Source: Candidatus Wolframiiraptor sinensis (GTDB taxonomy: Archaea > Thermoproteota > Nitrososphaeria_A > Caldarchaeales > Wolframiiraptoraceae). Taken from it: a DNA stretch of 18,061 nucleotides. The notes under the pieces were generated by a model that was not told the origin of the DNA, did no database searches, and saw only the letters and a list, made by a program, of their open reading frames with translations. The stretch lies in contig JALNKA010000018.1 in NCBI GenBank assembly GCA_023261815.1, positions 1 to 18,061 of the forward strand, in the 5' to 3' direction. How positions within the stretch are numbered: the stretch's first letter is position 1; every line of letters starts with the position of its first letter. Both the position numbers and the translations under genes were made by a program. Shown here piece by piece: positions 7,910-16,267 of this stretch.

Positions 7910-8049
7910 TTTTACCTCATCTTTATTCATTATTCATTTAATCAACACCTCAGCTGCCGAGCATCTCGGCATTCCACGTTAAGCGCCTTGGAAAGGGGGT
8001 TGGAGAGAATACCTCTTCTCCCACTAGATGAGGTTGCTAAAACGTATTT

Positions 8050-9654
8050 ATGAGAGCGGGACCGGGAAAATTTAGGCTGAGAGAATTGGTGGAGGAGGCT
8101 GCCGCTGTAAGGGAGGAGGGCAAGGTCGTTGAGGAAACGCTGAGCATATGTCCCGAGTGCAATGCCCTGATAAGGGCGGAGATAATTGAGGCAGATGACA
8201 AGATATACATCACGAAGGTCTGCCCGAGTCATGGTGAGTTCACCGAGCTATGCTTTGGGAGCGCCAAAATGTATCACAGGTTCAAGAGATACGCCCATGA
8301 TGGTAAGGGTGTTGCGACGCCGAATATAGTGAAGGAAAGCATCACGTGTCCATTTGACTGTGGCCTCTGCCCGAGCCACTTAAGCCACACGGCCCTAGCA
8401 AACATAGTGGTGACGAATAGATGCGATCTATACTGCTGGTACTGCTTCTTCTTCGCCGAGAGAGCTGGCTACGTCTATGAGCCATCAATAGATGAGATTC
8501 GGGACATGGTTAGGGTTCTCAGGTCAATGAGGCCCGTCGCTTGTAATGCCGTCCAGCTTACCGGCGGCGAGCCGTGCCTGAGGGATGACCTGCCCGAGAT
8601 TATACGCGTAATAAAAGAAGAGGGCGTTGACTTCGTTCAGCTGAACACAAATGGCATAAGGCTCGCGAGGGACTTCGAGTTCTTCAGGAAGGTTAAGGAG
8701 GCGGGATTATCCACGCTCTACCTCAGCTTCGACGGCGTTACACCCAAGACGAATCCCAAGAACCACTGGGAGGCGCCTAGTGTCTTGGATAATGCTAGGC
8801 GGCTTGGGGTCGGCGTAGTCCTCGTTCCCACGATAATAAGAACCGTGAATGACCACGAGCTCGGGGACATCATAAGATTCGGGTTCAGGAACTTGGACGT
8901 AATAAGATCGGTAAACTTCCAGCCGGTCTCGCTGGTCGGCAGAATGCCAAGGAGCGAAAGAGAGAGGTTCAGGATAACGATACCGGACTGCATTAAGAGG
9001 ATAGAGGAGCAGACCGGAGGCCAGATACCGGAGGACGCGTGGTTCCCAGTCCCATCCTGCACACCCGTGACGCACCTCATCGAGGCGATAACCGGTAAGC
9101 CACAGTACGAGCTCTCGACCCACTTCGCCTGCGGAGCCGGAACATATGTCTTCAAGGACGGCGATAGAATGATACCGATAACAGAGTTCGTCGATGTCGA
9201 TGGGCTGCTCAATTACATCCATGATGTGGCCGATAGGATTAAGGCCGGCGCGAACAAGTACGTATCGGCGCTGAAGCTCCTCTGGAAGTTCAGCTCATTC
9301 ATAGATGAGAGGAAGGCGCCATCGGGCCTGAATATAAGGAGAATGCTCTTCAAGATATTCATCAAGCACGATTACAGCAGCGTCGGCGAGTGGCATCTGA
9401 GAAGCCTTTTCATCGGCATGATGCACTTCCAAGACAAATACAATTACGATGTCGAGAGGGTTAGGAGATGCTGCATACACTACCTTGTTCCGGGCGGAAA
9501 AATAATACCATTCTGCGCTTTCAACGTGATACCCGAGCTATACAGAGACCCAATCCAGAAGGAGCACGGCATACCGATTGAGGAATGGGAGCGGAGAACC
9601 GGAAGAAAGCTATCAGACGACCTATATAGAAGGATCGAAATTGATGAGCAGTAA
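8050..9654 (+). CDS. tes: Tetraether lipid synthase (Tes / GDGT-macrocyclic archaeol synthase, radical SAM)
   Basis: N-terminal CPEC...CPSH rubredoxin-like site, CPFDCGLC, TNRCDLYCWYCF, QLTGGEP, NFQPVS, HFACG and C-terminal MHFQD.YNYDVERVRRCCIHY...IIPFC match the MJ0619-type architecture. True start may be TTG 8086 or GTG 8089. Confidence 0.88.
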   Translation: MRAGPGKFRLRELVEEAAAVREEGKVVEETLSICPECNALIRAEIIEADDKIYITKVCPSHGEFTELCFGSAKMYHRFKRYAHDGKGVATPNIVKESITCPFDCGLCPSHLSHTALANIVVTNRCDLYCWYCFFFAERAGYVYEPSIDEIRDMVRVLRSMRPVACNAVQLTGGEPCLRDDLPEIIRVIKEEGVDFVQLNTNGIRLARDFEFFRKVKEAGLSTLYLSFDGVTPKTNPKNHWEAPSVLDNARRLGVGVVLVPTIIRTVNDHELGDIIRFGFRNLDVIRSVNFQPVSLVGRMPRSERERFRITIPDCIKRIEEQTGGQIPEDAWFPVPSCTPVTHLIEAITGKPQYELSTHFACGAGTYVFKDGDRMIPITEFVDVDGLLNYIHDVADRIKAGANKYVSALKLLWKFSSFIDERKAPSGLNIRRMLFKIFIKHDYSSVGEWHLRSLFIGMMHFQDKYNYDVERVRRCCIHYLVPGGKIIPFCAFNVIPELYRDPIQKEHGIPIEEWERRTGRKLSDDLYRRIEIDEQ

Positions 9655-9658
9655 GCAA

Positions 9659-10249
9659 CTAAACTCCCCTCACCCTCGAGACAAACTCATTACCCTTTAT
9701 GTAGAATCTGAGCGGGGTCGGCAGGTCTTTCGAGACCCCTATCCTATGGCTTCTCGCGATCATGCTCGAGGGAACATCCACGTAATCCTCGATCCATAGC
9801 CCGTGATCCCTGATGTAGATGGGCTTGCCGTGCATGCTCTTATCCACATGCATGGCCCTGGTCAGTCTTCCCGGCCCGCTCGCCAACAAGTGGACATCAT
9901 CAAGCCCCCGAAGCTTCTTCATGATCTCTATTCCCTCGAGCGGCTTCCCGCTCCTTATCAGGACCGCGCCGCACTCCCCCTTCTCATGAGCCACGATATT
10001 CAGCAGCCACTGCCGGTGGATTCCATAAATGAGGGCTACCCCAACGTCTCCACCCATTATTCTGTGCAATTCTCCGCCTCTCCTAGCTCTCGAAGCCGGG
10101 TCGTCGGTCCCATAATAAGCCTCCGTCTCAACTATGATGCACGAGAGCCTGCATCGGTCGAGAAGCCTGACGAGTAGCTTGCCCAGAAGCCCCCTCGCAA
10201 CCTCAGCTGGATCGCCCTCATAGAAGCTTTGCGGCAGGAGGCCACTCAT
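9659..10249 (-). CDS. mpg: 3-methyladenine DNA glycosylase, AAG/MPG family
   Basis: VARGLLGKLLV, IVETEAYYG, AVLIR, LASGPGRLT and RIGVS..PLRF motifs. Start placed at MSGLLPQSFY. Confidence 0.9.
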   Translation of the reverse strand: MSGLLPQSFYEGDPAEVARGLLGKLLVRLLDRCRLSCIIVETEAYYGTDDPASRARRGGELHRIMGGDVGVALIYGIHRQWLLNIVAHEKGECGAVLIRSGKPLEGIEIMKKLRGLDDVHLLASGPGRLTRAMHVDKSMHGKPIYIRDHGLWIEDYVDVPSSMIARSHRIGVSKDLPTPLRFYIKGNEFVSRVRGV

Positions 10250-10328
10250 CTGACGCTCAACCCTATGAGCACTCTTATCAAAATTCTTCACAGCTCACCC
10301 GCAACAGAGGCCGATCACACTTCACGCA

Positions 10329-10377
10329 GCGATAAAGAGCTGGGCTCTTTTTTCAAAGAATATCGTGGATTTATCGC
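10329..10377. promoter_or_regulatory. Overlapping inverted repeats upstream of cytX
   Basis: AAAGAGC-TGG-GCTCTTT followed by TTT (10334-10353), and GCGATAAA (10329-10336) / TTTATCGC (10370-10377). BRE/TATA GAAAGATATTTTAAG follows at ~10384-10398. Confidence 0.5.
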
Positions 10378-10427
10378 GCGGCCGAAAGATATTTTAAGCC
10401 ATCGCGCTTCTTCTTTGCTCTCCGAAG

Positions 10428-11708
10428 ATGCCGCTGAGGCTCAGTATTAGAGCTCCCCCAGAGTGGGGCGTCGAGCCCGTGCCGAAGGAGCACAGAATAC
10501 TCCGGGGAATAGATTTCTTCGTGCTTTGGTCGAGCCTCGGCGTCGGTCTCCTCGTCTTAGTCGCCGGATCCCTACTCGTTCCCGGGCTAGGACTCCTCGA
10601 AGCATTTCTCGTGGCCCTCGCTGGATCCATCATCGGGAGCTTGATGCTCGCCTCCGCCGGGCTCATCGGCTCGAGATATGGCGTCCCGACGATGGTCTCG
10701 CTCAGGCCTATTCTCGGCATTAAGGGATCATATCTGCCAACCGCGCTCAACGTTCTCCAGCTGGTCGGCTGGACCGCCTTCGAGCTCATGATCATGAGCC
10801 AAGCGGCATCCAGCATCTTCGGCCAACTTCTAGGAGAGTACACTCACGCATTCTGGGTGATAGTGTTCGCGGCCTGGTGCGCCGGCTTGGCGATAGGTGG
10901 ACCTCTCGTTTTTGTGAGGAAGTGGCTTGAAAGGGTCGCGATCTGGCTCGTCTACTTCTCCGCCATCTGGATAACAGTTCAAGTCTTCTCATCGCCCCAC
11001 GTATGGGAGGTTCTCGCGCGGCCCGGCGACGGGTCTCTCCCACTGCTCCTCGCTCTGGATCTCGTCATAGCTATGCCGATCTCCTGGTGGCCTCTCATAT
11101 CCGACTACAACAGGTTCTCATCCACGGTCAAGGGAGGCTTCACCGGAACATTCCTAGGATACGTGGTCGCGAACACGTGGTTCTACTTCCTCGGCGCGGC
11201 TCTCGTCTCCGTGATGGGCATCCAGGACATAATATCCTCGATAGCACTCCTCCTGCTCGGGAATCTAGCCCTACTGTTCATCCTCGTCGATGAGACCGAC
11301 AACTGCTTCGCCGACATATACTCCGCCGCGGTGTCGATTCAGAACATCGCACCGAAGATCAGGCAGTGGAAGCTCGTGATCGCTGTAACCGCCATCGGAG
11401 CACTATTAGCAATAACGATCCCGCTGGCGCAGTATGAGTGGTTCCTCCTAATGATCGGCGGGCTTTTCGTTCCACTGCTTGGCGTCTTGGTGGCCGATTA
11501 CTTCTTCAGTCAGAGGCGCGGAGGCTTTGAAATCACGTCATTTTATGAGAATGCTCCGAAGATAAGGCTCTCCTGCATGATCGCCTGGATCGTGGGTGTG
11601 GCACTTTACTTCATCATAGTCAATCATTGCCCAAGCATCGGCGCAAGCATTCCATCATTCGCGCTTTCAGCAGGGCTTATAGCCGTCATGAGAATGTTCA
11701 AGAGCTGA
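10428..11708 (+). CDS. cytX: NCS1/purine-cytosine permease-family transporter, CytX-like (putative hydroxymethylpyrimidine uptake)
   Basis: About 12 TM segments. Motifs G.PTMVSLRP.LG..GS, LNVLQLVGWTAFE, AMPISWWPLISDYNRF, DIYSAAVS and F.PL.GVL.ADYF. Confidence 0.8.
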   Translation: MPLRLSIRAPPEWGVEPVPKEHRILRGIDFFVLWSSLGVGLLVLVAGSLLVPGLGLLEAFLVALAGSIIGSLMLASAGLIGSRYGVPTMVSLRPILGIKGSYLPTALNVLQLVGWTAFELMIMSQAASSIFGQLLGEYTHAFWVIVFAAWCAGLAIGGPLVFVRKWLERVAIWLVYFSAIWITVQVFSSPHVWEVLARPGDGSLPLLLALDLVIAMPISWWPLISDYNRFSSTVKGGFTGTFLGYVVANTWFYFLGAALVSVMGIQDIISSIALLLLGNLALLFILVDETDNCFADIYSAAVSIQNIAPKIRQWKLVIAVTAIGALLAITIPLAQYEWFLLMIGGLFVPLLGVLVADYFFSQRRGGFEITSFYENAPKIRLSCMIAWIVGVALYFIIVNHCPSIGASIPSFALSAGLIAVMRMFKS

Positions 11709-11720
11709 TGAATAGTTGTC

Positions 11721-12527
11721 ATGGCCGTGATCCTGGAGAAGTCTAGGGTGGCGGAGATAATCAGCAGGGCATGTGAAGTCTTTGCCAAGGAGCCGCAGTT
11801 GATCGAGCTCAGTCCTGGCAAGTATTTGGTTGTCGGCGATACTCACGGCGACCTTGACACGAGCCTGAACGCGATGAGATACGCGGAGAGAAATGGCCTC
11901 GGCTTGGTATTTCTGGGCGATTACGTGGATCGAGGGCCGAGGCAGCTGGAGAACATTGTCGTGCTGCTGGAGCATAAGCTTAGCTGGGGCCGGGGGCTCA
12001 TAATGCTGAGGGGAAATCATGAATCCCTGATGATGAATAGGTGGTATGGGTTCTTCAGCGTCGTAGCAGCCGCTTACGGCCCCGAATTTTACCAAGAGTT
12101 CGCGAGCCTGTTCTCCCAGCTGCCATACGCCGCCATCATCGGCGGAAAGGTGCTATGCGTTCACGGAGGCATACCCGATAACATGAGCAGAGTGGATGAG
12201 GTGAGGGGTTTCCCGAAGGGAGAGCTCGATCCGGAAGATCCCAGAGCGGTTCAGCTCCTCTGGAATGATCCGTGCGAGGATATTGAGGAGTTTGCTCCGA
12301 GCTGGAGGGGCGGTGGAGCCATGCTCTTCGGAAGATCGGCCTTTGAGAGATTCATGGTGCGCAATGGCCTCGAGCTGATGATCAGGGGGCATGAGCCGCA
12401 GGATAAGGGCTACGGATATCTCTTTGATAACAGGCTGCTAACAGTCTTCTCTTGCAGGTACTATGGGATAAGGCCAGCTGCCGCTGCGCTCGAGGACCTA
12501 GAGATCGAGATAGTCTACCTGGAATAG
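11721..12527 (+). CDS. PPP-family Ser/Thr protein phosphatase (archaeal PP1/2A/2B-like)
   Basis: GDTHG, GDYVDRG, LRGNHE, CVHGGI, LLWNDP, IRGHE and TVFS..Y motifs. Confidence 0.92.
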   Translation: MAVILEKSRVAEIISRACEVFAKEPQLIELSPGKYLVVGDTHGDLDTSLNAMRYAERNGLGLVFLGDYVDRGPRQLENIVVLLEHKLSWGRGLIMLRGNHESLMMNRWYGFFSVVAAAYGPEFYQEFASLFSQLPYAAIIGGKVLCVHGGIPDNMSRVDEVRGFPKGELDPEDPRAVQLLWNDPCEDIEEFAPSWRGGGAMLFGRSAFERFMVRNGLELMIRGHEPQDKGYGYLFDNRLLTVFSCRYYGIRPAAAALEDLEIEIVYLE

Positions 12528-12528
12528 C

Positions 12529-13782
12529 TTAGGGTGGGAAGGCTCCGAGCGTGAGGGACAAGTTCAGGAGCTGGCCATCCCTGTAGATCGTCAGGGTTAT
12601 CTGGTCGCCCGGCTTCTTGTGCTCCTCAAGATATGCTAAGAGATCCGCGATCCCGAATATCTTGAGACCGTCTACCGCCAAGATCACGTCTCCGCCAACG
12701 TATATCCTCTTATTAGAGTATACCGTGAAGCCGCATATGCTTCCCTCAGAGATGGTCGCGGCGCTTGCTCCGGCCCTAAGCCCTGCCCGCTCGGCGGGGC
12801 TATTACTCGCAACACCGGTTATCAGGAATCCGCGGGCCTCGGGCAAGTTCATGAGCCTGGCGACCTCCATGTTCACATCAACGCCATCTATTCCTATCCA
12901 TGGATGCTGGTACTTCCCAGTTCTTATCAGTGACTCGGCAACTTTCGCGGCTATATTCGAGGGGATGGCGAATCCTATACCCGAGAACTCACCTGTCTGG
13001 GCGTATATTGCTGTGGTGATCCCTATCACCTTGCCAGAATAATCTAAGAGCGGGCCGCCGCTGCTCCCGGGATTCACCGCGGCGTCGAACTGTATCACGC
13101 TTGGAATGAGCCTCATGCCCGGCGAGATGATGCATCTCCCGAGCTGGCTCACAACCCCAGTCGTCAAAGTAGCCTCAAACCCGTATGGATTTCCTATGGC
13201 TATCACGGGCTGGCCGACCCGAAGAAGGGAAGAATTCGCCAGCTCAAGCGGGTAAAGCACCTTATCTCCGGGATCTATCTTCAGGACTGCTATGTCCGCG
13301 TAGGGATCCACCCCGATTATCGTGGCCTTGTAAGCGGTTTTGTCCGGGAAGAAGACCTCAACATCTACAGCGCCCTCCACCACGTGATAGTTCGTGACTA
13401 TGTAGCCGGCGGCGTCGTAAACGAAGCCCGATCCCTGGCTCGACGCGTATCTCTGGCCGAAAACCGTCTCGACGAGCACCCTCGCCTTAATCATCACAAC
13501 GGAGTCCTTCACTTTCTCGTAGACCAGCTCCGGTGATGTCAAGTTCTGCTGGACGATCACGATCCGCTGAGATTGCTGGGACATGTTCGCCCTCAGAATC
13601 CTGAGCTCCGCTAGAACTCTGGTCAGCTCGTCCTCGAGCCCCGTGACCTTAGCATTTAGGTCGGAGATCTGCTGGCTCATCTCCGATTGGCGGACCACGA
13701 GCTGATAGACCACCACTACGCTGATCAGGGATAGAAGGGATAACGAGAGAGTCACGGCGGCGAGAACGTATAAGCCTCTCAT
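12529..13782 (-). CDS. htrA: HtrA/DegP-like membrane-anchored serine protease with one PDZ domain
   Basis: N-terminal TM helix and coiled coil, GSGF, TNYHVV, DIAVLK, AIGNPYG, DAAVNPGSSGGPL, GIGFAIP, and PDZ motifs SPAERAGL..GDVILAVDG. Confidence 0.93.
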   Translation of the reverse strand: MRGLYVLAAVTLSLSLLSLISVVVVYQLVVRQSEMSQQISDLNAKVTGLEDELTRVLAELRILRANMSQQSQRIVIVQQNLTSPELVYEKVKDSVVMIKARVLVETVFGQRYASSQGSGFVYDAAGYIVTNYHVVEGAVDVEVFFPDKTAYKATIIGVDPYADIAVLKIDPGDKVLYPLELANSSLLRVGQPVIAIGNPYGFEATLTTGVVSQLGRCIISPGMRLIPSVIQFDAAVNPGSSGGPLLDYSGKVIGITTAIYAQTGEFSGIGFAIPSNIAAKVAESLIRTGKYQHPWIGIDGVDVNMEVARLMNLPEARGFLITGVASNSPAERAGLRAGASAATISEGSICGFTVYSNKRIYVGGDVILAVDGLKIFGIADLLAYLEEHKKPGDQITLTIYRDGQLLNLSLTLGAFPP

Positions 13783-13839
13783 CAGGGGACCCGGAAATGC
13801 TTTAGCCTCCCCGGTAGATAAATATCTCTTCTCAGCGCT

Positions 13840-14124
13840 TTAGATGGTGATCGGCTTTTTCCGCTCCTCCCTAGCTCTGACCTTCAGGATGCCGTAATGT
13901 ATTGCGCAGGATATGCAGAAGTTCTTCGTGACCATGCTCTCGGCGATGTAGGCTCCCTGCTTCTTGAGCTCTTTAGCCAGGTCTCCGCTGACCGGCGAAA
14001 CCCGGCGAGTAACTCGAGTTATCTTGCTTCTCGGCACTAGGGCGCCGCAATTATCACATTGAACCATTCCCTCGGTTCCCTTGTCGCCCTTCTTTCTCCC
14101 CCGGTTCTTTCTCTTCACGGGCAA
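13840..14124 (-). CDS. rps26e: 30S ribosomal protein S26e
   Basis: MP.KRKNRGR.KGDKG, VQCDNCGA.VPR.K and CISCAIHYG..KVR. TTG start. Confidence 0.96.
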   Translation of the reverse strand: MPVKRKNRGRKKGDKGTEGMVQCDNCGALVPRSKITRVTRRVSPVSGDLAKELKKQGAYIAESMVTKNFCISCAIHYGILKVRAREERKKPITI

Positions 14125-14251
14125 CCCCTAAATCACTCCGCCCCTAAATCGGATGCGGCGAGTTATAGCTATTTTCCTCGGAGAGCCGCCAAAAAATCTT
14201 CAGCATACCCCTGGATATCGCTGAAGATTCTTTTGTCTTGAAAGGTCTATG

Positions 14252-14274
14252 CGAAAGGTTTTATAATCGATTAT
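14252..14274 (+). promoter_or_regulatory. BRE/TATA promoter of argX with overlapping 12-bp palindrome
   Basis: CGAAAGG-TTTTATAA. ATAATCGATTAT at 14263-14274; ATG at 14301. Confidence 0.65.
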
Positions 14275-14300
14275 GGATCGTGTTTTCGGAGTCTTTGGGG

Positions 14301-15143
14301 ATGACGGCTGACGTCGAGCTCATCATCGATGTACCACGGCTCGAGGAGAAGCTCATATTGGAGGAGCTTGGGAAGTTAGGGCTGAAATTCAAGCTCACGA
14401 ATGCTAAGTACACACCTCTCGTTTGGGGGGAGAGGCCGGCAGAGGTATCGCTCATTAGGGCCGTCTCGATGCAGCGAGCCGCCTACTGCGCCGCAATCCG
14501 GGAGGCCTCCGGGATTAGGGCGATAAATTCCGCGGAGGCGATCGTGGTCGCCGGAGACAAGATACTCACCTTGAGTAGGCTTTGGAGGGCCGGGATACCC
14601 TTTCCCGAGACCTTGATCGCGCTCAATAGCGAGGCCGCTGAGAGGGCGGAGAAGATGATCGAGTTCCCGGTCATAGATAAGCCGCCGATCGGGAGCTGGG
14701 GAAGGCTCGTAACGCTAGTGAGGGACCCGCAGTCATTCAAGAGCGTCATCGAGCACCGGGAGCTCTACCAGAGCCAGGCCCTGAAGACACATTTAATCCA
14801 GCGATACGTTGATGGCGGCAGGGATCTCAGGGTCCTCGTGCTGGGCGAGGAGGTCTTAGGGGTCATATGGAGGTCCGCAGCGAGCGGGGATTGGAGGAGT
14901 AATGTGGCTAGGGGCGGCCTAGTTGAGGTGGCTGAGCTCGATGAGGAGCTTCGGGAGCTCGCCTTGAAGACGTCATCGGTGATGGGCGGCGAGTTCATCG
15001 CGATAGATGTCTTCAGGGAGAATGGAAGATACCTCGTTAATGAGGTTAATGGTGTCCCGGAGTTCAAGGGCTTCATGGAGGCCACGAGAATAAATGTTCC
15101 AAGAAAGCTCGCCGAATACATCAGGAGCATTCTCAGGAGGTGA
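14301..15143 (+). CDS. argX: ATP-grasp amino acid--LysW ligase (LysX/ArgX family), ArgX-type signature
   Basis: DKILT, KPPIGSWGRLV, IEHRE, RDLR, WRSNVARGG and EVNGVPEFKGF. Adjacent to lysY, lysZ and lysW. Confidence 0.85.
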   Translation: MTADVELIIDVPRLEEKLILEELGKLGLKFKLTNAKYTPLVWGERPAEVSLIRAVSMQRAAYCAAIREASGIRAINSAEAIVVAGDKILTLSRLWRAGIPFPETLIALNSEAAERAEKMIEFPVIDKPPIGSWGRLVTLVRDPQSFKSVIEHRELYQSQALKTHLIQRYVDGGRDLRVLVLGEEVLGVIWRSAASGDWRSNVARGGLVEVAELDEELRELALKTSSVMGGEFIAIDVFRENGRYLVNEVNGVPEFKGFMEATRINVPRKLAEYIRSILRR

Positions 15144-15201
15144 ATCTTTTAATAAATGCATGACGCGGAGCCCGATGTCCCTCTAGCTAGGTGCTTCCGC
15201 C

Positions 15202-16254
15202 ATGGTGGTTAAGGTCTCGATTATAGGCGCGAGCGGCTACACGGGTGGAGAGCTTCTGAGAATCCTCGCCCTCCACAGAGAGGTTGAGGTGATCGCGGCC
15301 ACGTCGAGAGAATACGCCGGGAAGCCGATAACCCATGTTCATCCGCATCTCAGGGGATTTTATGGAAGCATGCGGTTCATCGAGCTGAATCTCGATAAGG
15401 TGATGGAGGCGGATGTGGTCTTCCTGAGCCTGCCAGCGGGCATCTCGATAAACTACGTCCCGAGGCTGCTCGAGTCGGGGCTGAGGGTTATCGATCTCGG
15501 GCCCGATTACAGGCTGAAAAACCCGGAGAATTACGTGAAGTGGTATGGATTCGAGCACCCTCACCCGGATCTGCTCGAGAAAGCCGTTTACGGGATGCCG
15601 GAGCTCCATAGGGAGGAAATGCCTGGGGCGAAGCTCATTGCCTCTCCCGGATGCAACTCGACGGCCGCGATCCTCTCGCTCGTGCCAGCGATCAGGGAGA
15701 AGCTGATAGATCTCGATCACATAGCGGTTGATGTGAAGGTTGGGAGTAGCGAGGCCGGGAGAAACCCTACGCCGGGAACGCATCACCCGGAGAGGGAGAA
15801 TGTGATAAGACCATATGATGCGTCGGGGCACAGGCATGTCGCCGAGGTCGAGCAGGAGCTCTCGAGAATCGCTGGGAGGGAGCTGAAGATCGCGTTCGTG
15901 CCGCATGCTGTGGGTTCGATCCGGGGGGCTCTCGCCACATCGCACACGTGGCTTAACAGCGGCGTGGATGAGGTCAGGATCGTCAGGGCGTATGCGTCGT
16001 GCTATGGCAAGGAGCCCTTCATCAGGATAATCCGGGGGCCGCCTGTAGGCTACCCGGATCCGAAATACGTTATTGGGAGCAACTTCGCCGATGTCGGATT
16101 CGCATATGATGGCAGGGTTGGGAGAGCGGCATTCATGGCGGCAATAGATAATCTCATGAAGGGCGCGGCCGGCCAAGCGGTTCAAGCATTCAACATAATG
16201 ATGGGCTTTGACGAGCGGGAGGCGCTGATGATCCCTCCGCTCAAGCCTGCCTAG
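15202..16254 (+). CDS. lysY: [LysW]-aminoadipyl/glutamyl-phosphate reductase (LysY/ArgC)
   Basis: GASGYTGGEL, AVYGMPE, ASPGCNST (catalytic Cys), GSSEAG, HHPER, HRHVAE and DNLMKGAAGQAVQ. Confidence 0.95.
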   Translation: MVVKVSIIGASGYTGGELLRILALHREVEVIAATSREYAGKPITHVHPHLRGFYGSMRFIELNLDKVMEADVVFLSLPAGISINYVPRLLESGLRVIDLGPDYRLKNPENYVKWYGFEHPHPDLLEKAVYGMPELHREEMPGAKLIASPGCNSTAAILSLVPAIREKLIDLDHIAVDVKVGSSEAGRNPTPGTHHPERENVIRPYDASGHRHVAEVEQELSRIAGRELKIAFVPHAVGSIRGALATSHTWLNSGVDEVRIVRAYASCYGKEPFIRIIRGPPVGYPDPKYVIGSNFADVGFAYDGRVGRAAFMAAIDNLMKGAAGQAVQAFNIMMGFDEREALMIPPLKPA

Positions 16255-16267
16255 GAGGGGATACGCC

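Noticed and set aside
7942-8232. 96-aa minus-strand ORF
   Set aside because: It overlaps the conserved N-terminus of tes and has no recognisable motif.
10250-10427. TPP riboswitch upstream of cytX
   Set aside because: No CTGAGA...ACCTGA aptamer core in the leader, and the TATA position implies a nearly leaderless mRNA.
13816-13827. AGATA-AA-TATCT inverted repeat at the htrA promoter
   Set aside because: Only 5-bp AT-rich arms coinciding with the TATA box; expected by chance.
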